The notes below the pieces were generated by a model, which was not told the DNA's origin, did no database searches, and was given only the letters and a program-made list of their open reading frames with translations. Shown here piece by piece: positions 1 to 9,235 of a stretch of DNA of 64,000 bases. How positions within the stretch are numbered: position 1 is the stretch's first letter; each line of letters starts with the position of its first letter. This DNA comes from Gemmatimonadota bacterium. GTDB lineage: Bacteria > Gemmatimonadota > Gemmatimonadetes > Gemmatimonadales > GWC2-71-9. The stretch lies in NCBI GenBank assembly GCA_003221005.1, contig QHTZ01000078.1:1-64000 (forward strand). Reading direction: 5' to 3'. Both the position numbers and the translations under genes were made by a program.

Positions 1-100
1 GATCCGGGCGCGCGACGCCGACATCGACGCGCGGTTCGGGGCGGCCGTGGCGCGAGTGGCACTGGCGCGCGCGGTCGGCGTGGCCCGGAATCTCCACTAA
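1..100 (+). CDS. C-terminal fragment of probable TolC-family outer membrane efflux protein (partial, runs off window)
   Basis: Frame from base 2 reads IRARDADIDARFGAAVARVALARAVGVARNLH*, a typical OEP C-terminal helix; directly upstream of EmrA/EmrB-like genes. Confidence 0.65.
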   Translation, partial: IRARDADIDARFGAAVARVALARAVGVARNLH

Positions 101-136
101 CCGGTGACATCTTCAACCAGGAACTGAGCGACAACC

Positions 137-1195
137 ATGGCGACGATCACCAAACCCGAAGCACAGACCAAGACGGACCCCGGATTCCGGCGCGAGGCAG
201 CCGCCGCACCCGATGCCCTGACCGCCGCGGCACCGCGGCCGGGGGGCCGCCGGCGCATCGCGTTCGCCGTCATGGGGGTCGCCCTGGTGAGCCTGCTCGC
301 GGTGGGCGCGCGGCGCTGGCTGTTCAGCCGGACCCACGTCTCGACCGACGACGCCCAGGTGGACGGCCACATCATTCCGATCCTCCCCAAGGTGGGGGGG
401 TTCGTCACCGCGGTGCGCGTCGACGAGAACCAGCGCGTGAAGGACGGGGACACGCTCGTCGCGCTCGACGACCGGGATTATAGGGTGCGACTGGCCCAGG
501 CGGAGGCCGATCTGGCGGTGGCGCTCGCGGGCGTGAGCAACAAGGCCCGCGTTGGCCAGGCCGAGGCGCAGGTGGAGCAGGCCCAGGCGAACGCGCTCAA
601 GGCGCGCGCCGACCTCGACCGCCTCCGTCCCTTGGCTGAGCAGGACATCGTGAGCAAGCAGCAGCTCGATGCGGCGCAGGCGGGGGCCCGGGCGGCCGAC
701 GCCGCGCTCGCGGCCGCGGAAGCCGCGCTCGTGGGGGCCGACGCGCGCGTCGGTGCGGCGCGCGCCGCCCGCGATCAGGCGGCGCTCAACCTCTCTTATA
801 CTCACATTACCGCGCCCTCGACTGGCATCGTGAGCAAGAAGACAGTGGAGGTCGGCCAGCTGGTGCAACCGGGCCAGCCGCTCATGAGCGTGGTGCCGCT
901 CGAAGACGTCTGGCTCACGGCCAATCTCAAGGAGACGCAGGTCGCGGACGTAAGGCCGGGGGATCCGGTGGACTTCACGGTGGACGCCTATCCCGGTCTC
1001 CATTTCAAAGGGCACGTCGAAAGCCTCTCACCGGCGACCGGTGCCCGGTTCTCGCTGCTGCCGCCCGACAACGCGACGGGGAATTTCACCAAGGTGGTAC
1101 AGCGGCTGCCGGTCCGGTTGCGCCCGGACAAGATCGACCCGGCTCACCCGCTGCGACCGGGCATGAGCGTGGTCGTCACGATCCAGACCAGGTAG
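137..1195 (+). CDS. emrA: HlyD/EmrA-family membrane fusion protein
   Basis: N-terminal TM, STDDAQVDG motif, coiled coil, SLLPPDNATGNFTKVVQR motif. Confidence 0.92.
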   Translation: MATITKPEAQTKTDPGFRREAAAAPDALTAAAPRPGGRRRIAFAVMGVALVSLLAVGARRWLFSRTHVSTDDAQVDGHIIPILPKVGGFVTAVRVDENQRVKDGDTLVALDDRDYRVRLAQAEADLAVALAGVSNKARVGQAEAQVEQAQANALKARADLDRLRPLAEQDIVSKQQLDAAQAGARAADAALAAAEAALVGADARVGAARAARDQAALNLSYTHITAPSTGIVSKKTVEVGQLVQPGQPLMSVVPLEDVWLTANLKETQVADVRPGDPVDFTVDAYPGLHFKGHVESLSPATGARFSLLPPDNATGNFTKVVQRLPVRLRPDKIDPAHPLRPGMSVVVTIQTR

Positions 1196-1201
1196 GGTCG
1201 C

Positions 1202-2788
1202 ATGGCCACCGCCGCCCTCTCGCTGCCAGCGCTCACTGGGGACGCCGACCGCTACAAGAACCGCTACATCATCGCGATGACGGTCTCGCTCGCGTCGGTG
1301 CTCGAGCTGCTCGACACGAGCATCGTCAACGTGGCGATCCCGCACATGATGGGCAACCTGGGCGCCACGCTCGACGAGATCGCGTGGGTATCCACGGGCT
1401 ACATCGTGGCCAACGTGATCATTTTGCCGATCACCGGCTGGCTCTCCGCCTACTTCGGGCGGCGCCGCTACTTCGCCGGCTCGATCGTGATCTTTGTGAT
1501 CTCGTCGTTCTTCTGCGGCAACGCGCACTCGCTCGCGTCGCTCGTGTTCTGGCGCATCACCCAGGGGCTGGGCGGCGGCGCGCTGCTCTCCACCTCGCAG
1601 GCGATCCTGTACGAGGAGTTCCCGCGCGAGGAATACGGCACGGCGATGGCGATCTTCGGGGTGGGCGTGATGGTGGGGCCGACGCTCGGTCCCACGCTCG
1701 GCGGTTACATCACGGATGCCTTCGGCTGGCCGTGGATCTTCTACATCAATATCCCCATCGGGATGCTGGCGCTCGCGCTGTCGCTCAACTTCATTCAGAA
1801 CTCGCGCTACCAGCAGAAGGCCGAGGCGGTGGACTACGTCGGGCTGCTGCTGCTCGCGGTGGGGATCGGGACGCTCCAGACGATGCTGGAGCGAGGGGAG
1901 CGGCTCGATTGGTTCGAGTCGCGCGAAGTGATGGCCTACGGGTTGATCAGCGCCGTGTCGCTCATCGCGTTCACCTGGCAGGAGTTGACGACGGAGCACC
2001 CGGTGGTCGATCTGCGGATTCTGAAAAGCCGCCAGCTCGCGATCGGGGTCGTGTTCGGGGGCGTGCTCGGGGTCTGTCTCTACGCCACGGTGTTCGTCCT
2101 GCCCGTGTATCTCCAGAACCTCCAGAACTTCACCGCGGAGCAGACCGGGTTCGTGATTCTCCCGGGCGCGCTGGCGAGCGCGTTCACGATGGCGGTGATG
2201 GGGCGGTTCACGGGGCGCTTTGACGGCCGCCTGTCGATCCTCGCGGGGGTGTCGATATTCGCCCTGTCGATGTGGAAGCACGCCCACTTCACGACCCAAA
2301 GCGGAATGGCGGACTTCTTCTGGCCGCTCATCTTCCGCGGTGTGGGGCTCGGCCTGATCTTCGTGCCCCTGACGAACCTGGCGCTCGCCGACCTGCCGAT
2401 GAGCAGGATCCCGAACGGTACGGGGCTCTTCAACCTGATGCGCCAGCTGGGCGGCAGCGTGGGGATCGCGGTGTCGGCGACGCTGGTGCAGCGCTTCCAG
2501 CAGATCCACCGCGCCGATCTGATCGCCAACGTGACGCAGTTCAGCGAGGCCACCCGCGCGCGGCTCGCGGGGATAATGGCGACGCTCCTCGCCAATGGTA
2601 CGCCGCTGCCGCTCGCGGAGTCGAAGGCCCTGCGGGTCCTCGACCTCCAGGTCACTCGCCAGGCCCTGATGCTCTCATTCGAGCAGCTGTTCCTGTTGTT
2701 CGGCGCATGTTTCGTGCTCTCGCTGCCCCTGCTGCTGCTGATGCACAAGAGCAAGGGGATGCCGGGCGGCGGCGCGGCGGCTCACTGA
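1202..2788 (+). CDS. emrB: DHA2-family (EmrB/QacA) MFS efflux permease
   Basis: LDTSIVNVAIP motif, about 14 TM helices, WPWIFYINIPIG motif. Confidence 0.93.
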   Translation: MATAALSLPALTGDADRYKNRYIIAMTVSLASVLELLDTSIVNVAIPHMMGNLGATLDEIAWVSTGYIVANVIILPITGWLSAYFGRRRYFAGSIVIFVISSFFCGNAHSLASLVFWRITQGLGGGALLSTSQAILYEEFPREEYGTAMAIFGVGVMVGPTLGPTLGGYITDAFGWPWIFYINIPIGMLALALSLNFIQNSRYQQKAEAVDYVGLLLLAVGIGTLQTMLERGERLDWFESREVMAYGLISAVSLIAFTWQELTTEHPVVDLRILKSRQLAIGVVFGGVLGVCLYATVFVLPVYLQNLQNFTAEQTGFVILPGALASAFTMAVMGRFTGRFDGRLSILAGVSIFALSMWKHAHFTTQSGMADFFWPLIFRGVGLGLIFVPLTNLALADLPMSRIPNGTGLFNLMRQLGGSVGIAVSATLVQRFQQIHRADLIANVTQFSEATRARLAGIMATLLANGTPLPLAESKALRVLDLQVTRQALMLSFEQLFLLFGACFVLSLPLLLLMHKSKGMPGGGAAAH

Positions 2789-2802
2789 CCTCACCACCGA
2801 GC

Positions 2803-3588
2803 ATGACCGGCACCGCTCTGATCACCGGCGCGTCGAGCGGGATCGGGCTCGAGCTCGCGAAGCTGTTCGCGCGCGACGGTCACGATCTCGTGCTGGTCGC
2901 CCGGCGCGCTGAGCGGCTCGAAGAACTGGGGGCCGAGCTGGCACAGCGGCACGGAATCCGCTACCACGCGATTGCCCTCGATCTCGCGGATGCGGACGCA
3001 CCGGCGGAGATCGTGCGGCGGCTCGACCACGCGGCGCTCGGCGTGGACGTGCTCGTCAACAATGCCGGCTTCGGGGCGGTCGGCCCGTTCGCGAGCGCCG
3101 ATCCCGACAGCGCGTTCCGCATGATCCGCGTCAACGTCGAGGCGCTCACCCGGCTCACGCGCCTGCTGCTTCCCCGCATGCTGGCGCGACGCCGCGGGCG
3201 GATCCTGAACGTCGCGTCCACGGCGGGCTTCGTTCCCGGGCCGCTGATGTCCGTCTACTATGCGACCAAGGCGTACGTCATCTCCTTCTCGGAGGCGCTG
3301 GCCGAGGAGCTCCGCGGCTCCGGCGTGAGCGTCACAGTTCTTTGCCCGGGTCCCACGCGAACGGAGTTCCAGGCGGTTGCGCAGATGGAGACCACGCGGC
3401 TGTTTCGAATGCCTGGCGTGATGGACGCGGGCGATGTCGCGCGGGCTGGGTATCGCGGTCTGATGCGGGGGAAGCGCATGGTGGTGCCCGGCCTGCTGAA
3501 CCGCGCGCTGCCGCTCGTGGTCCGACTCTCGCCCCGCTGGATGGTGACGCGGGTGTCGCGGTTCCTGCAGGAGAAGGTGCGGCGCTAG
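2803..3588 (+). CDS. Short-chain dehydrogenase/reductase
   Basis: ATG at 2803; TGASSGIG, NNAG and YYATK motifs. Confidence 0.9.
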   Translation: MTGTALITGASSGIGLELAKLFARDGHDLVLVARRAERLEELGAELAQRHGIRYHAIALDLADADAPAEIVRRLDHAALGVDVLVNNAGFGAVGPFASADPDSAFRMIRVNVEALTRLTRLLLPRMLARRRGRILNVASTAGFVPGPLMSVYYATKAYVISFSEALAEELRGSGVSVTVLCPGPTRTEFQAVAQMETTRLFRMPGVMDAGDVARAGYRGLMRGKRMVVPGLLNRALPLVVRLSPRWMVTRVSRFLQEKVRR

Positions 3589-4829
3589 AGCACCTCCGCC
3601 ATCGCTGCCGTCACCAGCAGCGCGCGCAGCACTCCCAACGGCCCGTCCGAGTTCTCGTACCACTCCGTCGTGAGGTGGGCGTCGCCGGCGCGGCCCCCCG
3701 CACCCAGGGCGATAGCGGGCACGCCAAGAGCGATCGCGACGTTGGCGTCGGTGGAGGCGGCGGCGAGCTCGGCGTCGCGGCCCAGCGCGCGGTTGGCGGC
3801 GAGGGCGACCTGGACGAGCGGGTGGGTGCGGGGTGTGGTCCCGGACGGGCGGTCGCCCACGAGCTGAACCTCGAGCCTGAGGCGCGGCGTCCCCGTCGTG
3901 CGGCGCCGGTTCTCGTCGTCCGCCGCCCGGTCGAGCGCCGCCCGCACCGTCACGTCGAGCTGCGCAAGCGCCTTCGGGTCCTCGCTGCGCAGGTCGAGGT
4001 CGAGCCATGCCTCCTGCGGAATCGAGTTCAGGCCCGTCCCGCCCCCCAGGCGCACGACCGCGCACGTGGTGCGGGGCTCCGCAGCGACCGGGAGGTCGGC
4101 GAGGAGCGCGGCCGCCCGCCCCACGGCGTTCGCGGGGTTGGCGACGCCGAACGCGGCCCAGGAGTGCCCCCCCGGTCCCCGGAAGGTGACGTGGTAGCGG
4201 CGCGAGCCCAGGGCGCGGTGCACGATGCGCTCGAGCCCCGCGCCGTCGAGCGCGATGAAGGCGGCGGGGACGAAAGGTAGGGGCACGGCATGCCGTGCCC
4301 CTACGTCCTTCTTGCCATCGAACAGGTATTTCGCGCCGCGCAGGTCGCCCGAGCCCTCCTCGCCCACCGTCGCGGCGAACAGGATGGGGCGGGCCGTCGC
4401 CACGCGAGTTCGCACCAGCGCTTCGGCGACGGCGATGAGGGCGGCGAGCCCGCGCGCGTTGTCCGAGATCCCGGGGCCCTCGAGGCGCTCACCGCGGCGC
4501 TCCACCCCCACCTGCACATCCGGCCCGAAGACGGTATCCAAGTGGGCGGCCAGTACCACCGGCGCCGGCCCGTTCCCGGTCCCGCGTCCCTCCTCCCCCC
4601 GGAACCACCCGCGCACGTTCCCGACCTCGTCGATGAGGACGTCGCGCAGGCCCACTTCCCGGAACAACTCCGCTGTGCGAGCGGCACGCTGCGTCTCGGC
4701 ACCGGTGGGAGCCGGGACCGCCGACAGCGCGGCCTGGCGGGCGAGGGTCACCTCGTCGGTGCGCTCGATGTGATGGCGCGCGGCGCGCACGCGCTCGTGT
4801 CCCAGCAGCCTCGCGATCAGCTCGTTCAT
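3585..4829 (-). CDS. M20/M25/M40-family metallohydrolase
   Basis: AHLDTV, DNARG, GEEG, GGHSW, STDAN and AH motifs; start taken at MNELIARLL. Confidence 0.88.
   Translation of the reverse strand: MNELIARLLGHERVRAARHHIERTDEVTLARQAALSAVPAPTGAETQRAARTAELFREVGLRDVLIDEVGNVRGWFRGEEGRGTGNGPAPVVLAAHLDTVFGPDVQVGVERRGERLEGPGISDNARGLAALIAVAEALVRTRVATARPILFAATVGEEGSGDLRGAKYLFDGKKDVGARHAVPLPFVPAAFIALDGAGLERIVHRALGSRRYHVTFRGPGGHSWAAFGVANPANAVGRAAALLADLPVAAEPRTTCAVVRLGGGTGLNSIPQEAWLDLDLRSEDPKALAQLDVTVRAALDRAADDENRRRTTGTPRLRLEVQLVGDRPSGTTPRTHPLVQVALAANRALGRDAELAAASTDANVAIALGVPAIALGAGGRAGDAHLTTEWYENSDGPLGVLRALLVTAAMAEVL
4277..4304. repeat. Perfect 28-bp GTAG-type REP-like palindrome inside the M20 gene
   Basis: GTAGGGGCACGGCA-TGCCGTGCCCCTAC is self-complementary; encodes VGARHAVPL. 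Confidence 0.8.
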
Positions 4830-4847
4830 CGTTACGGAGAAGGTCGC

Positions 4848-4876
4848 TTGACCCCCGCGCGGCGGCAAGCGACACT
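4848..4876 (+). promoter_or_regulatory. Putative sigma70 promoter, leaderless-type, for the LeuA-family gene
   Basis: TTGACC-17 nt-GACACT, ATG 6 nt downstream, no SD. Confidence 0.5.
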
Positions 4877-4882
4877 AGTCCA

Positions 4883-6115
4883 ATGGACGAGCGCGAGTTG
4901 ATCTATGACTGGAACCGGGCGGCGAGTGCCCTTGACTGGTCGCGGGCCCGAGTGGACCTGAACGACGAGACCCTCCGCGACGGCCTGCAGTCGCCCTCGG
5001 TACGGGACCCCTCCCTCGAGGTCAAGCGGCGCCTGCTGCACCTCATGGCAGACCTCGGCATCGCGGCCGCCGACCTGGGCCTGCCCGGGGCGGGGCCGAG
5101 GATCGTGGAGCAGGTCCGTGCGCTGGCGCGGGAGATCCGGGACCAGAAGCTCGCCATCGCGCCTAACTGCGCCGCCCGCACCGTGGTGGCGGACGTGGAG
5201 CCGATCGTCCGGATCGCCGACGAGCTGGGAATCCGGATCGAGGCCGCCACCTTCATCGGGTCCTCCCCCATCCGGCAGTACGCTGAGGACTGGACCCTCG
5301 ACCGCATCCTCGCCTCCACCGAGGAGGCGGTGACCTACGCCGTGCAGCACGGGCTCCCCGTCATGTACGTCACCGAGGACACCACCCGGGCCCGCCCGGA
5401 GACGCTCAAAGCGCTGTACCGCACGGCAATCGACTGCGGCGCGGGGCGGATCTGCATCGCCGACACGGTCGGCCACGCGACGCCGGACGGCGTCAAAGCG
5501 TTGGTGAAATTCGTTAAAGAAGACATCGTGAAAGGAAACGACGTCAAAGTCGACTGGCACGGGCATCGGGACCGGGGGATGGGTCTGATCAACTGTCTCG
5601 CGGCGATCGAGGCCGGGGTGGACCGGGTGCACGCGACCGCGCTCGGCGTGGGGGAGCGGGTCGGGAACGCCGAGATGGACCTGTTGCTGGTGAATCTCAA
5701 CCTGCTGGGCGCGCACCGGCGGGATCTGTCGAAGCTCCCCGAGTACTGTCGCCTCGTGGCGGACGCGGTTGGCATGCCGATCCCCGCCAACTACCCGGTG
5801 CTCGGCGCCGATGCGTTTCGCACCGGCACCGGCGTCCACGCGGCGGCGATCATCAAGGCCAAGAAGAAGGGTCACGACTGGCTGGCGAACCGCGTCTACA
5901 GCTCGGTGCCCGCGGAGGAGTTCGGGCTCGCGCAGAAGATCGAAATCTCACCCGTGTCCGGGCTCTCCAACGTGAAGTACTGGCTCGAGACGCACGGGTA
6001 CGACGCGGATGACGAAGCGACGTGTGCGGCCCTGTTCGACGCCGCCAAGCGCGCCGACCGGGTCCTGACCGACGAGGAGTGCCATCGGCTGCTGAAACAG
6101 GTCGCATGGCCGTAG
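4883..6115 (+). CDS. LeuA-family DRE-TIM acyltransferase (2-isopropylmalate/homocitrate synthase-like), no C-terminal regulatory domain
   Basis: DETLRDGLQ, ADTVG, HGHRDRG, GERVGN and TGVHAAA motifs; 410 aa. Confidence 0.85.
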   Translation: MDERELIYDWNRAASALDWSRARVDLNDETLRDGLQSPSVRDPSLEVKRRLLHLMADLGIAAADLGLPGAGPRIVEQVRALAREIRDQKLAIAPNCAARTVVADVEPIVRIADELGIRIEAATFIGSSPIRQYAEDWTLDRILASTEEAVTYAVQHGLPVMYVTEDTTRARPETLKALYRTAIDCGAGRICIADTVGHATPDGVKALVKFVKEDIVKGNDVKVDWHGHRDRGMGLINCLAAIEAGVDRVHATALGVGERVGNAEMDLLLVNLNLLGAHRRDLSKLPEYCRLVADAVGMPIPANYPVLGADAFRTGTGVHAAAIIKAKKKGHDWLANRVYSSVPAEEFGLAQKIEISPVSGLSNVKYWLETHGYDADDEATCAALFDAAKRADRVLTDEECHRLLKQVAWP

Positions 6116-7725
6116 GGCAATTCCGGGAGGTCGAGCGCTCGTATTTCGATCTCCGTTGGCATCTCGACCCCGTCGCCGCGACACAGGCTGGCGTGACCGC
6201 GCACGACGACCGCTTCGGGCGTTTCAGCCCCGCCGCCCTCGCGCCGCACCTCGCGGCGCTCAAGTCTATCTCGGCCGCCCTCGAGGAAGCCGCGGTTCCC
6301 AGCCTCGACGATGAGATCGACCGCACGGCGCTCCTGAACGACATCCGCGTGACGGTGCGACGCCTGGAGCGTGAGCGCCCCCAGGCGAAGAACCCGGGCT
6401 TCTGGCTGTCGCACCTCCTCGGGGGTCTGCATTTCCTGATGCTGCGCCGCGACCGCACGGCGGCGGAGCAAGCACGCGCCGTGGCCAGTAGGCTCGAGGA
6501 CCTGCCGGCGTTTCTGGAGGACGCGCGCACCACGCTCGTCGAGCCGGTGCGGGTGTTCGTCGCGACCGCGTTGCAGGTGATCGAAGGGGGGCTCGACCTC
6601 GTGAAACAGGTCGCGGCGACCGTGGCGGAGCGAGCTCCCGAGCAGGCGGAGCGCCTCGCCGCCGCGACCGACGCGGCCGTAGCCGCCCTCGGCGCTTTCA
6701 CCCGGGACCTGTGGCGGTGGCTCGAGACGGCCTCAGACCACTTCGCCCTGGGAGAGGACGACTTCAACTTCCGGCTCCATTACGAGCACGTGCTGCGCGA
6801 CACGGCGCCCGAGCTGTGGCGCTACGGGCTCCATCTCAAGGAGGAGGTCGAAGCAGACCTCGCGGCGCGCGCCCGGCGGCTGGACGGCCGCGGCCGATGG
6901 CACGATGTCGTGGACCGGTTGCGGGCGGAGCACCCCACGGAAGAGACGCTGGTGGATGCATACGCGCGCGAGATGACGCGCGCGCGCGACTTCGTGGGGC
7001 AGCGCGGTCTCGCGGCCCTGCCCGCGGCGCCGCTCGACGTGGTGCAGACGCCCGCTTTCATGCGGCCCGTGATTCCCTTCGCCGCGTACGACAGCCCGGG
7101 AGCATATTCGACCGACCGCACCGGGTGGTTCTACGTGACCGTCCCGGACGCGCGGCTTCCCGCCGAGCAGCGGGAGCGCATCCTGCGGGACCATTGCCGC
7201 TTCGAGCTTGCGGCCACGGCGCTGCACGAGGGCTACCCCGGCCACCACCTCCAGCTGGTCCACGCCCAGGCCCAGCCCTCACACGTCCGCAAGAACATCT
7301 GGACGCCTCTCACCGTCGAGGGATGGGCGCTGTACTGCGAGGACATGATGGGGGAGGAAGGGTTCTATGCGTCCGAGGAGGAGCTCCTATTCCAGCGCGT
7401 CCACCTGCTGTGGCGCGCGATGCGGATCCTGCTCGACGTAGGTCTGCATACCCGGGGGATGACGTTCCACCAGGCGGTGACGCAGCTCGTCGAGCAGCTG
7501 CACGTGGACCCCGCCAACGCCGAGGCCGAAGTGCGCCGCTACTGCGCGGAGCCCGCCTACCCGCTGTGCTACGCGGTCGGCCGGCGCGAGCTGCTCAAGC
7601 TGCGTGACGACTACCGGGCGTCCAGCGGCGGCGACTTTACGCTGCGGCGCTTCCACGACGCGATTCTCCAGTACGGCGGCCTCCCCGTCACGCTGATTCG
7701 CTGGGGCCTGGGCCTGAATGAATAG
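6106..7725 (+). CDS. DUF885-family protein (putative metallopeptidase)
   Basis: HEGYPGHH, EGWALYCE, DVGLH and FHDAIL motifs; ATG 6106 overlaps the upstream gene. Confidence 0.9.
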   Translation: MAVGQFREVERSYFDLRWHLDPVAATQAGVTAHDDRFGRFSPAALAPHLAALKSISAALEEAAVPSLDDEIDRTALLNDIRVTVRRLERERPQAKNPGFWLSHLLGGLHFLMLRRDRTAAEQARAVASRLEDLPAFLEDARTTLVEPVRVFVATALQVIEGGLDLVKQVAATVAERAPEQAERLAAATDAAVAALGAFTRDLWRWLETASDHFALGEDDFNFRLHYEHVLRDTAPELWRYGLHLKEEVEADLAARARRLDGRGRWHDVVDRLRAEHPTEETLVDAYAREMTRARDFVGQRGLAALPAAPLDVVQTPAFMRPVIPFAAYDSPGAYSTDRTGWFYVTVPDARLPAEQRERILRDHCRFELAATALHEGYPGHHLQLVHAQAQPSHVRKNIWTPLTVEGWALYCEDMMGEEGFYASEEELLFQRVHLLWRAMRILLDVGLHTRGMTFHQAVTQLVEQLHVDPANAEAEVRRYCAEPAYPLCYAVGRRELLKLRDDYRASSGGDFTLRRFHDAILQYGGLPVTLIRWGLGLNE

Positions 7726-8923
7726 CGCGGCAGCGCCCGCACGCCCCGGGCTGCCGCGCGCCGTCAAGTTGTTCGGGTTGGTCTCCCTCCTGAACGATTT
7801 TGCGAGTGAGATGATCTACCCCTTGCTTCCCGCCTTCGTGACCGGGGTGCTCGGCGCGGGAGCCGGGGCGCTAGGCGCGCTCGACGGGGCGGCGGAGTTC
7901 GCGGCGGCGGGCGTGAAGTGGGGCGCGGGCCGCCTCGCCGACCGGCCGGCGCGCCGGGGCCGCTTGGTGGTGCTGGGCTACGCGATGGCGGTGCTCGTTC
8001 GCCCAGTCATCTCGCTCGCGGGGGCGGCCTGGCAGGTGATCGGACTCCGGGTCGTGGACCGGCTCGGCAAGGGGCTCCGCACGCCGCCGCGCGACGCCCT
8101 GATCGCGGACGCGACGCCCGCCGCGCTCCGGGGCCGCGCGTTCGGGCTGCAGCGCGGGCTCGACCACGCAGGCGCGGTGCTCGGGCCGCTGGTGGCCTGG
8201 TGGCTGCTGGCGCACCGCGGTGCGAACCTGCGGACGGTGATAGCGGCGAGCCTGGTGCCGGGAATCGTAGTGCTGGTGCTGGCCATCTGGGCGGTAAGGG
8301 ACGGTAAGGGGCGGTACGGGGCGGGAGGCGCTGGTCCGCAGGGCGGCCCCTTACCGCCTCCTACCGCCTCTGCCCGCCCCTTACCGCCCGCACTCCTCGC
8401 CATCTCCTTCTTCTATCTCCTCCGCATGCCCGAGACCCTCATCATCCTGCGGTCGCAGCAGCTCGGCGTCGCGGTGGCGGTGGTGCCGCTGTTGTGGGCC
8501 GCGGTGCACGTCGTGAAATCCTCCACGAGCTTCGCGGGTGGTGGGTGGAGCGATCGCTTCGGCCCCGAGCGGACGATGTGGATCGGGTGGGTGTGCTACG
8601 CCGCGCTTGCGGCGGCGATGGCCGCCGCGTCCACCGCGCTCCAGGCGTGGCTGTTGTTTCTGGCGTTGGGCGTCGTGGCGGGACTCACTGAGAGCCCGGA
8701 ACGGGCTCTCGTCGCGCAGTTGGCCGGCGACCGACAGGGGAGCGGCTTCGGCGTGTATCACGGCGTGACGGGACTGGCCGCGCTCGCGGGCGGTGTGGCC
8801 TTGGGTTTGGTGTTTCAGGCGGGCGGCGGCCCGCGTGCCTTCATCGTGAGCGCCGCGCTCGGCGGCTTGCTGGCGGTGATGAGCGCGGCTTCCTACCTGC
8901 GTCGCACAGGGGAGGCCATGTGA
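7718..8923 (+). CDS. MFS transporter
   Basis: 12 hydrophobic segments, SEMIYPLLP and DRLGKGLRTPPRDALIAD motifs. Confidence 0.9.
   Translation: MNSAAAPARPGLPRAVKLFGLVSLLNDFASEMIYPLLPAFVTGVLGAGAGALGALDGAAEFAAAGVKWGAGRLADRPARRGRLVVLGYAMAVLVRPVISLAGAAWQVIGLRVVDRLGKGLRTPPRDALIADATPAALRGRAFGLQRGLDHAGAVLGPLVAWWLLAHRGANLRTVIAASLVPGIVVLVLAIWAVRDGKGRYGAGGAGPQGGPLPPPTASARPLPPALLAISFFYLLRMPETLIILRSQQLGVAVAVVPLLWAAVHVVKSSTSFAGGGWSDRFGPERTMWIGWVCYAALAAAMAAASTALQAWLLFLALGVVAGLTESPERALVAQLAGDRQGSGFGVYHGVTGLAALAGGVALGLVFQAGGGPRAFIVSAALGGLLAVMSAASYLRRTGEAM
8291..8387. repeat. 10-bp tandem units followed by inverted tandem units, inside the MFS central loop
   Basis: GCGGTAAGGG-like x4 (8291-8330), then CCCTTACCGC-like x4 (8348-8387). 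Confidence 0.8.
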
Positions 8924-9142
8924 GAGTCGCTGCGGCGCCGCCAGTAGTCGTCGTCAGATTCGGCTTCGAGGTCGAACTCGACCAGGGCGTAAACCATGAC
9001 AGCCAGGCTCCACACGAGCAGCACGACCGCCCAGGCTGACGAATGTTGCGGCCTTGCGGGGCGATGCGGTAAGGTATGCTCGGCGTCGGGCCGTTATCAA
9101 TTCTCCGCGATAGGGTATATCCTTTCTCTCGACCTTAGTCGT

Positions 9143-9228
9143 GGCCCGTGCCCTGAAGGGCCGGCTCGGCGCGTCGTGCGTCCTTAAGGACGCGCATCAT
9201 GCCGAGCCGGCGTTTCAACGCACGGGTC
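9143..9228. terminator. Long imperfect hairpin downstream of the PD40 triplet (terminator or stabiliser-like)
   Basis: GGCCCGTGC/GCACGGGTC outer stem, CCGGCTCGGC/GCCGAGCCGG middle stem, GCGTCCTTAAGGACGC apex. Confidence 0.55.
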
Positions 9229-9235
9229 GGACGGG

